Shown here one piece after another: positions 1 through 9,786 of a DNA stretch of 64,000 bases. The stretch's first letter is position 1. Each line of letters begins with the position of its first letter. Below the pieces are notes generated by a model. That model saw only the letters and a list, made by a program, of their open reading frames with translations. It made no database searches and was not told the DNA's origin. A program made the position numbers and the translations under genes. Source of the DNA: Obrimoposthia wandeli (taxonomy: Eukaryota); NCBI GenBank assembly GCA_977020255.1, contig CDROCS010000506.1:620001-684000 (forward strand), given 5' to 3'.

Positions 1-1
1 T

Positions 2-1027
2 TGGGGACTCAAATCTCGCCGCATTACAGATTCAGTGCAAAATGTCGCGGGATTTTTACAACAATTTTCCTCTGTAGCTATGATCGTATTTGGTGTCTAC
101 CTCATTGCAGATGGCCAATTAAGCATGGGGGGACTTATTGCTGCCACTATGTTAAGTGGACGAGCGATTGGCCCTTTAGTGCAGCTCTCGTTGTTATCAA
201 CGCGCTACAACCAGGCAAAATCAGCCATGACTATCATCGAGCAACTTATGCAGATGCCAACAGAGCAAGAAGACGGTAAACGTTATATTCACCGCCCTGT
301 AATCAAAGGTAAAATTGTTTTTAATAAAGTTAGTTTTACTTACCCTAATGCAACTAATGCCGCACTTAAAGACGTTAGTTTCACAATTAACCCTGGAGAA
401 AAGGTCGCTATCATTGGCCGTATTGGTTCAGGAAAAACGACTATTGAACGTTTGATTATGGGGTTATATCAGCCCATAGAGGGATCTGTTCAAATTGATG
501 ATACCGACATCAAGCAACTTCATCATATTGATGTTCGCCGAAATATTGGTTGCGTTCCCCAAGATATCACTTTGTTCTTTGGCTCGATTCGAGACAACAT
601 TATTCTGGGTCGCCCATTAACAACAGATCAAGATATTTTACTTGCAGCTGAACGCTCAGGGGTGACAAACTTTACCCAACAAGATGCTGCAGGTTTAGAG
701 AAGCAAGTCGCTGAAGGCGGTGCTGCTCTTTCTGGTGGGCAACGCCAAGCGATTGCCATTGCACGTGCCCTAGTTGGAAAACCTCCAGTACTGTTAATGG
801 ATGAACCAACAAGCAGCATGGATAACCGTTCAGAAATGTATATTAAGCACCAACTAAAAGCCTTATCTAAAGACGAAACTCTTATTCTCATTACTCATAA
901 AAACAGCATGTTAGATGTTGTTGATCGTTTAATTGTGATGGAAAAAGGGCAGATCATTGCTGATGGCCCTAAGAGTCAGGTACTTAAACAATTAAGTGAA
1001 GGCAGCGTTACACGGGCAACAACTTAA
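2..1027 (+). CDS. Type I secretion system ABC ATPase/permease (LapB/LssB-like), 5'-partial
   Basis: Frame open from the window edge; Walker A GRIGSGKTT, signature LSGGQRQ, Walker B LLMDE, preceded by TM helices. Confidence 0.9.
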   Translation, partial: WGLKSRRITDSVQNVAGFLQQFSSVAMIVFGVYLIADGQLSMGGLIAATMLSGRAIGPLVQLSLLSTRYNQAKSAMTIIEQLMQMPTEQEDGKRYIHRPVIKGKIVFNKVSFTYPNATNAALKDVSFTINPGEKVAIIGRIGSGKTTIERLIMGLYQPIEGSVQIDDTDIKQLHHIDVRRNIGCVPQDITLFFGSIRDNIILGRPLTTDQDILLAAERSGVTNFTQQDAAGLEKQVAEGGAALSGGQRQAIAIARALVGKPPVLLMDEPTSSMDNRSEMYIKHQLKALSKDETLILITHKNSMLDVVDRLIVMEKGQIIADGPKSQVLKQLSEGSVTRATT

Positions 1028-1061
1028 CTTCAACATTGGATTTATCGAGAAGATTTGGACA

Positions 1062-1102
1062 TAAAAAGACCCCCAATAATTGGTTTCCAACTATTGGGGG
1101 TC
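1062..1102. terminator. Hairpin terminator between convergent T1SS ATPase and nadA
   Basis: gacccccaata...tattgggggtc inverted repeat with an upstream A-run. Confidence 0.7.
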
Positions 1103-1148
1103 AGTTAAAAATGCACTCAGGCTTGTTTCATTTTAACGTATTATACGT

Positions 1149-2177
1149 TTAGTTTGATACGTTAAAATTTAACATACGCTCTAATGGAATAAGTGCTTTT
1201 ACACGAATCTCTTCATCGACAAAGACTTCATGGCCATCATCATTAACTAATGACTCTTCAATCGCTTTAAGGCCATTCATGCCCATCCAAGGACACATAG
1301 CACAGCTACGACAACTCGCGCCATTACCGCCTGTTGGAGCCGCTATCATTTCTTTATCTGGACATGCTTGTTGCATCTTAAAGAAGATACCTTTATCCGT
1401 AGCAACAATCAGCTTTTGCTGTGGTAATTCTTTTGCCGCTTTAATCAGCTGGCTTGTCGAACCCACTGCATCTGCAAGATCAATCACATCCGCTGGTGAT
1501 TCAGGATGAACAAGCACCGCCGCTTCTGGGTTTTCTGCTTTTAAACGTTTTAACGCCGACGCTTTAAATTCATCATGTACGATACAAGCGCCCTGCCAGC
1601 GAACCATTTTCGCGCCAGTTTGCTTTTCAATCCAAGCGCCTAAGTGACGATCAGGACCCCAAATTAGTTTCTTACCTTCGCTATCTAGATGGTCAACAAC
1701 ATCCAATGCAATACTCGATGTTACAACCCAGTCAGCGCGTGCTTTAACGGCTGCAGATGTATTAGCATAAACAACAACGGTATGATCAGGGTGTGCATCA
1801 CAAAATGCTGAGAACTCTTTAACCGGACAACCAAGATCTAATGAACAAGTTGCATCTAACGCGGGCATGATAATACGTTTGCTTGGCGCTAAGATCTTTG
1901 CTGTTTCACCCATGAAGCGAACACCAGCAATGATGAGCGTTTTAGCTGGATGGTTATTACCAAAACGAGCCATTTCCAAAGAGTCAGCTACACAACCGCC
2001 AGTCTCTTCTGCAAGTGCTTGAATTTCAGGATCAGTATAATAGTGGGCAATTAATACAGCGTCTTTTTCTTTTAAAAGCTGTTTAATACGTGCTTTATAA
2101 TCCAGCTTTTCTTGTGCTGATAACGGAACGGGTTTTTGCGGGAATGGATATTCCATTTCTACTACATTGGGGATCAT
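1149..2177 (-). CDS. nadA: Quinolinate synthase A
   Basis: AHYY, GDSL-like ADSL, CSLDLGC, CIVH and CAMCPWM Fe-S cysteine motifs; syntenic with tol-pal/tRNA cluster as in E. coli. Confidence 0.96.
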   Translation of the reverse strand: MIPNVVEMEYPFPQKPVPLSAQEKLDYKARIKQLLKEKDAVLIAHYYTDPEIQALAEETGGCVADSLEMARFGNNHPAKTLIIAGVRFMGETAKILAPSKRIIMPALDATCSLDLGCPVKEFSAFCDAHPDHTVVVYANTSAAVKARADWVVTSSIALDVVDHLDSEGKKLIWGPDRHLGAWIEKQTGAKMVRWQGACIVHDEFKASALKRLKAENPEAAVLVHPESPADVIDLADAVGSTSQLIKAAKELPQQKLIVATDKGIFFKMQQACPDKEMIAAPTGGNGASCRSCAMCPWMGMNGLKAIEESLVNDDGHEVFVDEEIRVKALIPLERMLNFNVSN

Positions 2178-2272
2178 AGCTAATTACTCAGGGCTCAAAA
2201 AATTAATCTTCGCGTATTATACATGGCATTGTCATGAAAACGTAATTTAGCGTGATTTTTTTTCAGCACATA

Positions 2273-2305
2273 CAAAAAAGCCTCGCTATTAGCGAGGCTT
2301 TTTTG
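2273..2305 (-). terminator. Intrinsic terminator of the tRNA operon
   Basis: caaaaaagcctcgc-tatta-gcgaggcttttttg, GC stem with T-runs on both sides. Confidence 0.9.
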
Positions 2306-2340
2306 TTTATTCTTACAATAGTTTTAGCTATTGTTTAAAC

Positions 2341-2351
2341 TGGTTGCGGGA

Positions 2352-2400
<49 letters not shown>

Positions 2401-2417
2401 AACTGCTCCATCCCGCG
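2341..2417 (-). tRNA. tRNA-fMet (CAT, initiator)
   Basis: 77 nt, C1:A72 mismatch, GGG/CCC anticodon stem, encoded CCA. Confidence 0.97.
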
Positions 2418-2468
2418 ACAATTTTGTATTCACTGCTTCTCTAAGAGTAAGAAATAACAGTAAGAAAG

Positions 2469-2544
2469 TGGTGGGCTGTGAAGGATTTGAACCTTCGACC
2501 AATTGATTAAAAGTCAACTGCTCTACCAACTGAGCTAACAGCCC
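2469..2544 (-). tRNA. tRNA-Lys (TTT)
   Basis: 76 nt cloverleaf, loop CTTTTAA, CCA end. Confidence 0.97.
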
Positions 2545-2597
2545 CCATGGTCTTTCTTTTTATAGTTTTACGTCTTAAACGTAACACCACAATTAAG

Positions 2598-2673
2598 TGG
2601 TGGGTCCTACTGGGCTTGAACCAGTGACCCTCGCCTTGTAAGGGCGATGCTCTCCCAACTGAGCTAAGGACCC
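2598..2673 (-). tRNA. tRNA-Val (TAC)
   Basis: 76 nt cloverleaf, loop CTTACAA, CCA end. Confidence 0.97.
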
Positions 2674-2711
2674 ACATTATCTTTAGCGATAGTTGTGGCT
2701 ATCGTTGAAAC

Positions 2712-2722
2712 TGGTTGCGGGA

Positions 2723-2771
<49 letters not shown>

Positions 2772-2788
2772 AACTGCTCCATCCCGCG
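2712..2788 (-). tRNA. tRNA-fMet (CAT, initiator)
   Basis: Identical to the copy at 2341. Confidence 0.97.
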
Positions 2789-2837
2789 ACAATGCTGTAT
2801 TCACTGCTTTCTAATAGTAGAAATAACAGTAAGAAAG

Positions 2838-2913
2838 TGGTGGGCTGTGAAGGATTTGAACCTTCGACCAATTGATTAAAAGTCAACTGCTCTACCAACT
2901 GAGCTAACAGCCC
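2838..2913 (-). tRNA. tRNA-Lys (TTT)
   Basis: Identical to the copy at 2469. Confidence 0.97.
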
Positions 2914-2966
2914 CCATAGTCTTTCTTTTTATAGTTTTACGTCTTAAACGTAACACCACAATTAAG

Positions 2967-3042
2967 TGGTGGGTCCTACTGGGCTTGAACCAGTGACCCT
3001 CGCCTTGTAAGGGCTATGCTCTTCTGCCCGCGCTAAGGACCC
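2967..3042 (-). pseudogene. Degenerate tRNA-Val (TAC) copy
   Basis: 7 substitutions versus sibling copies, clustered in the D-arm and anticodon stem; D-loop GG lost. Confidence 0.6.
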
Positions 3043-3080
3043 ACATTATCTTTAGCGATAGTTGTGGCTATCGTATAAAC

Positions 3081-3091
3081 TGGTTGCGGGA

Positions 3092-3140
<49 letters not shown>

Positions 3141-3157
3141 AACTGCTCCATCCCGCG
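3081..3157 (-). tRNA. tRNA-fMet (CAT, initiator)
   Basis: Identical to the copy at 2341. Confidence 0.97.
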
Positions 3158-3206
3158 ACAATGCTGTATTCACTGCTTTCTAATAGTAGAAATAACAGTA
3201 AGAAAG

Positions 3207-3282
3207 TGGTGGGCTGTGAAGGATTTGAACCTTCGACCAATTGATTAAAAGTCAACTGCTCTACCAACTGAGCTAACAGCCC
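3207..3282 (-). tRNA. tRNA-Lys (TTT)
   Basis: Identical to the other Lys copies. Confidence 0.97.
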
Positions 3283-3335
3283 CCATAGTCTTTCTTTTTA
3301 TAGTTTTACGTCTTAAACGTAACACCACAATTAAG

Positions 3336-3411
3336 TGGTGGGTCCTACTGGGCTTGAACCAGTGACCCTCGCCTTGTAAGGGCGATGCTCTCCCAACTGA
3401 GCTAAGGACCC
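3336..3411 (-). tRNA. tRNA-Val (TAC)
   Basis: Identical to the copy at 2598. Confidence 0.97.
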
Positions 3412-3449
3412 ACATTATCTTTAGCGATAGTTGTGGCTATCGTTGAAAC

Positions 3450-3460
3450 TGGTTGCGGGA

Positions 3461-3509
<49 letters not shown>

Positions 3510-3526
3510 AACTGCTCCATCCCGCG
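3450..3526 (-). tRNA. tRNA-fMet (CAT, initiator)
   Basis: Identical to the copy at 2341. Confidence 0.97.
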
Positions 3527-3562
3527 ACAATACTGTGTGTTCTTTATAAGAACGAAAGAAAG

Positions 3563-3638
3563 TGGTGGGCTGTGAAGGATTTGAACCTTCGACCAATTGA
3601 TTAAAAGTCAACTGCTCTACCAACTGAGCTAACAGCCC
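3563..3638 (-). tRNA. tRNA-Lys (TTT)
   Basis: Identical to the other Lys copies. Confidence 0.97.
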
Positions 3639-3717
3639 CCGTAGCCTTTCTTTATAAAGTCTCGTTGTTTATATTAAAATATGTATATTTCAATATATAA
3701 CCAAACTTAATAACTTG

Positions 3718-3793
3718 TGGTGGGTCCTACTGGGCTTGAACCAGTGACCCTCGCCTTGTAAGGGCGATGCTCTCCCAACTGAGCTAAGGACCC
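3718..3793 (-). tRNA. tRNA-Val (TAC)
   Basis: Identical to the copy at 2598. Confidence 0.97.
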
Positions 3794-3824
3794 ACAAATT
3801 TTGCTATTTTCATAGCGAACATAT

Positions 3825-3835
3825 TGGTTGCGGGA

Positions 3836-3894
<59 letters not shown>

Positions 3895-3901
3895 TCCCGC
3901 G
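3825..3901 (-). tRNA. tRNA-fMet (CAT, initiator), single D-loop variant
   Basis: Same as other fMet copies except D-loop GTCTGG instead of GTTTGG. Confidence 0.96.
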
Positions 3902-3947
3902 ACAATATATTGTTCATTTAGTTTACGTTAGGGTACGTAATTAAATG

Positions 3948-4023
3948 TGGTGGGTCCTACTGGGCTTGAACCAGTGACCCTCGCCTTGTAAGGGCGATGC
4001 TCTCCCAACTGAGCTAAGGACCC
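3948..4023 (-). tRNA. tRNA-Val (TAC)
   Basis: Identical to the copy at 2598. Confidence 0.97.
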
Positions 4024-4052
4024 ACAAATACCAAATTAATTGGTAATAGAAA

Positions 4053-4063
4053 TGGTTGCGGGA

Positions 4064-4112
<49 letters not shown>

Positions 4113-4129
4113 AACTGCTCCATCCCGCG
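4053..4129 (-). tRNA. tRNA-fMet (CAT, initiator), first gene of the operon
   Basis: Identical to the copy at 2341. Confidence 0.97.
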
Positions 4130-4191
4130 ACAATTCTATAATCAAAAGAAATAGCTAAACGACTTACGTTGTTTCCGCTAACCCCTCTCAA

Positions 4192-4227
4192 TGGCGGCTA
4201 TAATACTTTTTTCACAAAACTCTGCAA
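4192..4227 (-). promoter_or_regulatory. Sigma70 stable-RNA promoter of the tRNA operon
   Basis: TTGCAG (4227-4222), 16-bp spacer, TATTAT (4205-4200), GC-rich discriminator AGCCGCC. Confidence 0.75.
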
Positions 4228-4347
4228 GTAAAATCTGCTTAGAATCACAATTCAGTGATAAAACCCTGAATTACGTTCAGTTTAACACCAATGAGATGGC
4301 AAATAGTACAAGGTTAACGAAAATTAAAACGTATCAACTTCAATAGA

Positions 4348-5133
4348 TTACTTTAGTGCTGACAGTTCTTGTTTAGCAAGCTTGGCTACAGCATCATTTG
4401 GGTAATCTTTGAGCACTAATTCAAAGTAACGTTTTGCTTCACTATTCGAACCCGCTAACTTAGCAAGTTGTCCTAATTTTTGTAATGAATCAGCGCGTTT
4501 ATTTGAAGCCGGATACTTAGTCACTATTTTTTCAAATTCAACTTTAGCTTCTTCATTTTTATTATCTTTACGTAACAACAGGCCTAACCAATAATGTGCA
4601 TTCGCGGCTAGCTCAGACTCTGGATAAGTTGAAATGAAACTCTGTAGCGCAGGAATCGCTTCATCATATTTACGTTCGTTTTTGATTAACTTTATCGCGT
4701 AATTATAAGAATCTTTACCGGTTAAATTTACCGGCTGATTTGCTACATTAAGCATAGCAGTATCAGTTGTAACAGGCGTGACAGATTTAGCGACCAGCGT
4801 AGTGCGTATACGTTCAATATCATTAAGGATATCGCGTTGTCGCTGAGTCACTTTAGTTTGTTCTAAATTGCTTTCTTCAATCGCGCCCTGCAAGTTCATC
4901 AGTTCAATAGATAATTGATCAAGTCTTTGCTGAGTTTCTAATTGCGCTCTTGTTCGAGCTTGGAGGATATTCTCTATGCGGGTAAGGCGCTGCTCAACTG
5001 AACGAGTTGGCTTGTTCGTTGCCACCTGTTTAGCACTTGCAGTTGCATCAAGTACTGTAGCGGGTGCAGCATGGCCTAAGCCACTATAAAGAACGGCCAT
5101 GATAATGGCCGTTTTAGTATTAATTCTGATCAA
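4348..5133 (-). CDS. cpoB: Tol-Pal system TPR protein CpoB (YbgF)
   Basis: Signal peptide, coiled coil, TPR motifs (ANAHYWLG, KYPASNK); downstream of pal. Confidence 0.92.
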   Translation of the reverse strand: MIRINTKTAIIMAVLYSGLGHAAPATVLDATASAKQVATNKPTRSVEQRLTRIENILQARTRAQLETQQRLDQLSIELMNLQGAIEESNLEQTKVTQRQRDILNDIERIRTTLVAKSVTPVTTDTAMLNVANQPVNLTGKDSYNYAIKLIKNERKYDEAIPALQSFISTYPESELAANAHYWLGLLLRKDNKNEEAKVEFEKIVTKYPASNKRADSLQKLGQLAKLAGSNSEAKRYFELVLKDYPNDAVAKLAKQELSALK

Positions 5134-5145
5134 GGTGACTAATCC

Positions 5146-5730
5146 TTAGTAAACTAGTACTGCACGTCGATTTTGAGAGAATGCAGCATCAGTATGTGAA
5201 GTATTTACTGGTTTTTCTTCACCATAACTTACTGTTGAAATTTGGCTTGAAGAAACACCTAGATTGTTTAGGTATTTAACTACAGCATCAGCACGACGAT
5301 CGCCTAGAGCGATGTTGTAACCTGGCGTACCACGTTCATCAGCATGGCCTTCGATTAGTACTTTAACAACAGGGTTGTCAATTAAGAAATTAGCGTGATC
5401 TTGTAATAGCTCGCCATATTCTGCAGTAACAGCTTGTTGATCAAAACCGAAGTAAACAACGTGACGTTTACGTAATTCGTCAATTACTTGTTTTTTCATT
5501 TCTTCAGTTGTTAGGTTTTCAACGTCGTCAATACTTACGTCAGTATCACTACCAACAACAACATTTGAACCTGATTCAGCATTAACTGCCGCATCGTTTG
5601 CTGTTTGTTCTGCTGCGCTTTCTACTGCATCATTTGTCGTTGTATCAGTTGTTGAGCTACATGCAGCCAATGTCAGCATTGGTAACGCAATTACTAAACT
5701 TTTTAAGATTTTATTTAGTTGCATTTTCAT
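5146..5730 (-). CDS. pal: Peptidoglycan-associated lipoprotein Pal
   Basis: Lipobox LAAC; OmpA domain IEGHADERGT..YNIALG.RRA..NRRA. Confidence 0.96.
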   Translation of the reverse strand: MKMQLNKILKSLVIALPMLTLAACSSTTDTTTNDAVESAAEQTANDAAVNAESGSNVVVGSDTDVSIDDVENLTTEEMKKQVIDELRKRHVVYFGFDQQAVTAEYGELLQDHANFLIDNPVVKVLIEGHADERGTPGYNIALGDRRADAVVKYLNNLGVSSSQISTVSYGEEKPVNTSHTDAAFSQNRRAVLVY

Positions 5731-5744
5731 TTTCCTATCAATAA

Positions 5745-7115
5745 TTAATTCTTTTTAGATGTCAAGAAAGGTGACCAAGCTGGTGCTTTTACTTCTCCAT
5801 CACTTGCTGGTAATACTGCCTTAAAACGTCCATCCATTGAGACTAGCGATAATACCTGTTTTCCCTTAACAACCGTGCTGTAGATCACCATACTGCCATT
5901 TGGTGCAATGCTTGGTGATTTATCAAGACGGCCGTCAGTCAGTTTTTGTACATATCCATCTGACAAATCCTGCTTAGTCACACTATACTTACCTTTTTGC
6001 AAACTGACCATAACTAAATTCTGGCCATCAGGGCTAATTGAAGGATTTAAGTTTGCGTTCCCTTCAAAGGTAAGTCGTTTAATTTTCTTACTTTCTAAAT
6101 TTATTTGATAAATTTGCGGACGACCACCACGTTCGGATGTAAAGACTATCGACTTGCCATCTGGCGCCCACGTTGCTTCAGTATCAATCCCGCGATTTTT
6201 AGTCAGTCTGTCTAATTTTTTAGTCTTTAAATCGTAAACATAAACGTCAGCTTGACCTGATTTAGACAGTATCATCGACAGTTTTGTACCATCAGGTGAA
6301 AATACCGGTAAAATATTACTGCCTTTGTACGGTTCTATTAATTCACGTTTCTGTGTTACTAGATCATAGATCCAGATCTCATGTTTTTTGTCTTCCATGC
6401 TCATGTAAGCCAGTTTTTTACCTGTCGGGTCCCACGATGGTGACATAACAGGTTCTGTCGAACGGAATAATACGTGCTGATTCATACCATCATAATCAGA
6501 GATTAATAATTTAAATGGGTACTTATCTTCATAATTAATCGCTACATAGGCAATACGCGTTAAGAACGCACCACGCGTACCCGTTAAGTTTTCAAAAATA
6601 TAATCACTTAAACGGTGTGAAATATGGCGAGGGCGACGAGTAGAAAAATTACCTTTCAAATTAAGCTTAATATGGTCAGTATTTTTAACTAGCTGCTCAT
6701 CAATTTTTAGTGGTGTTTGGTTTTTAAAACCAGACAACACATTAATCAACTGAAAATGGATCTGCAAGCGACCATTTTCCAACGGTTTAACCGTACCGAT
6801 CACAATTGCTTCAACCCCAGTCTCTTTCCATGCTGCATAATCAACGGCACTTTCTGTTGCCGGTGTTTGCGGCATCAAACTACGATCTAATGGGGAAAAA
6901 CGACCACTGTTACGTAAATCATCACCAATTATGCTGGCGAAATCAGTCATGTTCTTTGGCTGAGGTTGCGTACCTAGCCACTTAAACGGTACGACTGCGA
7001 TTGGTCTAGCACTGTTTGTACCTTCGGTAATGATAATCTCTAATGCTGCATGCGCGATTTGTATCTGCATGAAACACAAGATAAAGAAAGATAAAAATCG
7101 TTTAGTTATATGCAT
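5745..7115 (-). CDS. tolB: Tol-Pal beta-propeller protein TolB
   Basis: ALEIIITEG N-terminus, PD40 repeats (SPSW, WAPDG, PAWSP). Confidence 0.95.
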   Translation of the reverse strand: MHITKRFLSFFILCFMQIQIAHAALEIIITEGTNSARPIAVVPFKWLGTQPQPKNMTDFASIIGDDLRNSGRFSPLDRSLMPQTPATESAVDYAAWKETGVEAIVIGTVKPLENGRLQIHFQLINVLSGFKNQTPLKIDEQLVKNTDHIKLNLKGNFSTRRPRHISHRLSDYIFENLTGTRGAFLTRIAYVAINYEDKYPFKLLISDYDGMNQHVLFRSTEPVMSPSWDPTGKKLAYMSMEDKKHEIWIYDLVTQKRELIEPYKGSNILPVFSPDGTKLSMILSKSGQADVYVYDLKTKKLDRLTKNRGIDTEATWAPDGKSIVFTSERGGRPQIYQINLESKKIKRLTFEGNANLNPSISPDGQNLVMVSLQKGKYSVTKQDLSDGYVQKLTDGRLDKSPSIAPNGSMVIYSTVVKGKQVLSLVSMDGRFKAVLPASDGEVKAPAWSPFLTSKKN

Positions 7116-7116
7116 A

Positions 7117-8214
7117 TTAAATCTCTGGTCTAAAAATTAAATTAATATTTTTAAGCTTGTTAGCAACTTCAGGGTCAGCAGACATAGGTAAGCTTCCGGC
7201 TTTATTCACAGCGTTAACACCCGCTCGACAAACGACGCTATCCCCGTCACCACTTGTCACACTTAATACCAGACCTGAATTAGATAGGCGAATATTAAGC
7301 GCGCAAGATTTACCCTTCATAGCATCACTGGTTAACATATTGCGTTGAATCGAATTTTGAATACGCGCAGTATATTTATCCACTTCACTTAAGACTTCTT
7401 GCTGACGCACTGCATCAAGTTGCTGTATTTCACTATCAAGCTCGGAGGCAAATTCCGCTTCAATCTGTTCTTGCATCAAACGCTCTTGCCTATCGTGCTC
7501 TATTTTAGCTAAACGCTGGCGCTCTTTTTCTGCTGCAACACGCTTTTTCTCAGCGACACGTTTCTTTTCAACTTCTTGACGTTTACGCTCTTGTTCAGCC
7601 TTCAATTTTATTTCTTCTGCTTTTTTACGTTTTGCTTCGGCCGCAACAGCCGCTTTACGCTTTTGTTCTTTTACTTCCGCGGCTTTACGCTTACTCTCTG
7701 CAGCAGCGGCAGCTTGTTCTGATTTTTTCGCTTCAGCATTGGCTTTCTTCGTTTTGGCCTCCGCTTTTTTACGCTCTTCAACTTTCTTCAAGCGCTGTTT
7801 TTCAGCTTTAACGGCAGCTGCTTCAGCAACTTTTCGCTCAACTTCTTTCTGTGCTCGTTTTGTTTCAGCACGCTTTGCCGCTTGCTCGGCCTTTTTTTGT
7901 TGCTCGTTGGCTTTGACTATCGCCGCTTCTTTCTGCTTACGCTCTTCATTCAATTTCTTAATGCGATCTTCAGCGGCCTGGAAGCGTTGCTGTTCTTTTT
8001 TACGCTTATCTTGTTCTGTGCGTTTAATACGGTCAGCATGCTGCTTTATCGCTTTTTCACTGACTACCACAGCTTGGATCGCTTGTGCTTTTGGCTTCGG
8101 CAGCGGTTTCAATGGCGTAGATGTTGCACTCAAACCAAGTAACACGAGTAGTACAACATGCAATCCGACCGAAACAATAACAGCAACGGAGTACTTAGAC
8201 TGATTATCCTTCAT
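7117..8214 (-). CDS. tolA: TolA
   Basis: N-terminal TM SVGLH, long K/A/E helical region, TonB-like C-terminal domain. Confidence 0.93.
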   Translation of the reverse strand: MKDNQSKYSVAVIVSVGLHVVLLVLLGLSATSTPLKPLPKPKAQAIQAVVVSEKAIKQHADRIKRTEQDKRKKEQQRFQAAEDRIKKLNEERKQKEAAIVKANEQQKKAEQAAKRAETKRAQKEVERKVAEAAAVKAEKQRLKKVEERKKAEAKTKKANAEAKKSEQAAAAAESKRKAAEVKEQKRKAAVAAEAKRKKAEEIKLKAEQERKRQEVEKKRVAEKKRVAAEKERQRLAKIEHDRQERLMQEQIEAEFASELDSEIQQLDAVRQQEVLSEVDKYTARIQNSIQRNMLTSDAMKGKSCALNIRLSNSGLVLSVTSGDGDSVVCRAGVNAVNKAGSLPMSADPEVANKLKNINLIFRPEI

Positions 8215-8243
8215 CTTTATTTATACCCTACTCTTGCTCTATT

Positions 8244-8672
8244 CTACTGCTCAACGGGGTCTGTCATTAGACCAACAGAAGATGCACCAGCCTGCTGTAG
8301 AACAACCATTAAACGAATCACTTGTTCATACGCGACTGAACCATCACCTTTAACCACGACAGGTGTATCCGGCTGTAACTTCAAGTGAGCAGCAACCAGC
8401 ACAGCTAAATCATCTGGCGACATCGGTGATTTATCACCATCGCCAACATCAAGATAATACAAACCATCTTTATCGACAGAAGCGACGATTGGTGGCTTGC
8501 TGTCTTCAGATAAGGCTTCAGATTGTGCTTGTGGTAGATCAACAACCACACCTTGAGTCACTAGCGGTGCTGTCACCATAAAGATAATAAGCAGCACCAA
8601 CATCACATCGATATAAGGTACTACATTAATTTCCGCAACCAGTCGTCTGCGCTTACGTTGATAAGGCTGCAT
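8244..8672 (-). CDS. tolR: TolR
   Basis: EINVVPYIDVMLVLLIIFMVTAP. Confidence 0.96.
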   Translation of the reverse strand: MQPYQRKRRRLVAEINVVPYIDVMLVLLIIFMVTAPLVTQGVVVDLPQAQSEALSEDSKPPIVASVDKDGLYYLDVGDGDKSPMSPDDLAVLVAAHLKLQPDTPVVVKGDGSVAYEQVIRLMVVLQQAGASSVGLMTDPVEQ

Positions 8673-8675
8673 CGA

Positions 8676-9368
8676 TTAATCCTGCGTTTTTTTGGCCAAG
8701 CTCTGGCGATGTAAAATACTAGAGAATTCATCCATGAAATTAACGTAATTATTTTCAATTCTCATTACTTGACTAGAAAATCTATTATAGGCAACGACAG
8801 CAGGAATAGCGGCAAATAGTCCCATCGCCGTGGCAATCAATGCTTCAGCGATACCTGGCGCAACCATTGCTAGTGTCGCTTGCTGCACAGCACCTAATGC
8901 AATAAATGAGCTCATGATGCCCCATACAGTACCAAACAGACCGATATAAGGACTAATTGAACCAATAGTGGCAAGGTTATTTAAATTAACTTCAAGCTCA
9001 TCAACTTCTCGTGATAAAGCAACACGCATAGCGCGATGACTGCCATCCATTATCGCGTCAGTATTATCTTGATTGGTATTATGAATGCGCATATATTCTT
9101 TAAAACCGGAATGGAAAATAAGTTCCATTCCTTGAATGTTACTCTTACGCGCTTCACTTTCTTTATATAATTTGGATAAATCAATACCAGACCAAAATCT
9201 ATCTTCGAATCGTTTTGATGATTCGTTTGCTTGCGACAATGCTTTAGAACGATGAAAGATCATTGCCCATGATGCCACTGACATAGAAAGTAACAATAGC
9301 ATCACTGTTTTAACCAGTAAGCTAGCTTCCCAAAAAAGACCAAAAAACGAGATATCAGCAGTTTCCAC
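8676..9368 (-). CDS. tolQ: TolQ
   Basis: SPYIGLFGTVWGIM, APGIAEALIATAMGL. Confidence 0.96.
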   Translation of the reverse strand: METADISFFGLFWEASLLVKTVMLLLLSMSVASWAMIFHRSKALSQANESSKRFEDRFWSGIDLSKLYKESEARKSNIQGMELIFHSGFKEYMRIHNTNQDNTDAIMDGSHRAMRVALSREVDELEVNLNNLATIGSISPYIGLFGTVWGIMSSFIALGAVQQATLAMVAPGIAEALIATAMGLFAAIPAVVAYNRFSSQVMRIENNYVNFMDEFSSILHRQSLAKKTQD

Positions 9369-9786
9369 TGGTTAGTTTCCTTATAATTTCTGTCGGCATT
9401 GCACAAGGTTTCTTCTGAGACAATTGAATGCAAGCCACTTTAACTGTTAATTCTGACAATAATTTACCATCTTCATGATAAATACTCTGAGAGAAGACCA
9501 AGGATGCGCGTTTTAGTTCCTTAATATGTGATTTTATAATTAATAAATCATCAAGGTATGCGGGATAACGATAATCTATGTCTATTTTTCGTACCACGAA
9601 TGCAAGATCTTGTTGTAATAATAGTGCTTGTGAAAACCCTCTATCACGTAACATTTCTGTTCTTGCACGCTCTGCGTAATTCAGATAGTTACTATGATAA
9701 ACCACGCCACCAGCATCGGTATCTTCAAAATAAACGCGCGCCTTAAACTCACTCTGTATCATTTTATCCTGTGTAGTCTCGGTCAT
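9355..9786 (-). CDS. ybgC: Tol-Pal-associated acyl-CoA thioesterase
   Basis: RVYFEDTDAGGVVYHSNY hot-dog motif; position before tolQ. Confidence 0.93.
   Translation of the reverse strand: MTETTQDKMIQSEFKARVYFEDTDAGGVVYHSNYLNYAERARTEMLRDRGFSQALLLQQDLAFVVRKIDIDYRYPAYLDDLLIIKSHIKELKRASLVFSQSIYHEDGKLLSELTVKVACIQLSQKKPCAMPTEIIRKLTSGNC

Larger units (their letters stand above)
2341..3526. repeat. Tandem repeat of an fMet-Val-Lys tRNA unit, period 369-371 bp
   Basis: fMet copies begin at 2341, 2712, 3081 and 3450, with near-identical spacers. Confidence 0.92.

Noticed and set aside
2683-3267. Two near-identical 71-aa ORFs in the ORF track
   Set aside because: They are translations across tRNA genes of the tandem unit
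2341-4129. Regularly spaced direct repeats resembling a CRISPR array
   Set aside because: The repeats are 76-77-nt tRNA genes, the spacers are themselves repeated, and no cas genes are present
7739-8203. 154-aa plus-strand ORF, and similar antisense ORFs over fruK, fruB, abgT and adhE
   Set aside because: Shadow frames of well-supported genes on the opposite strand, with no recognisable motifs
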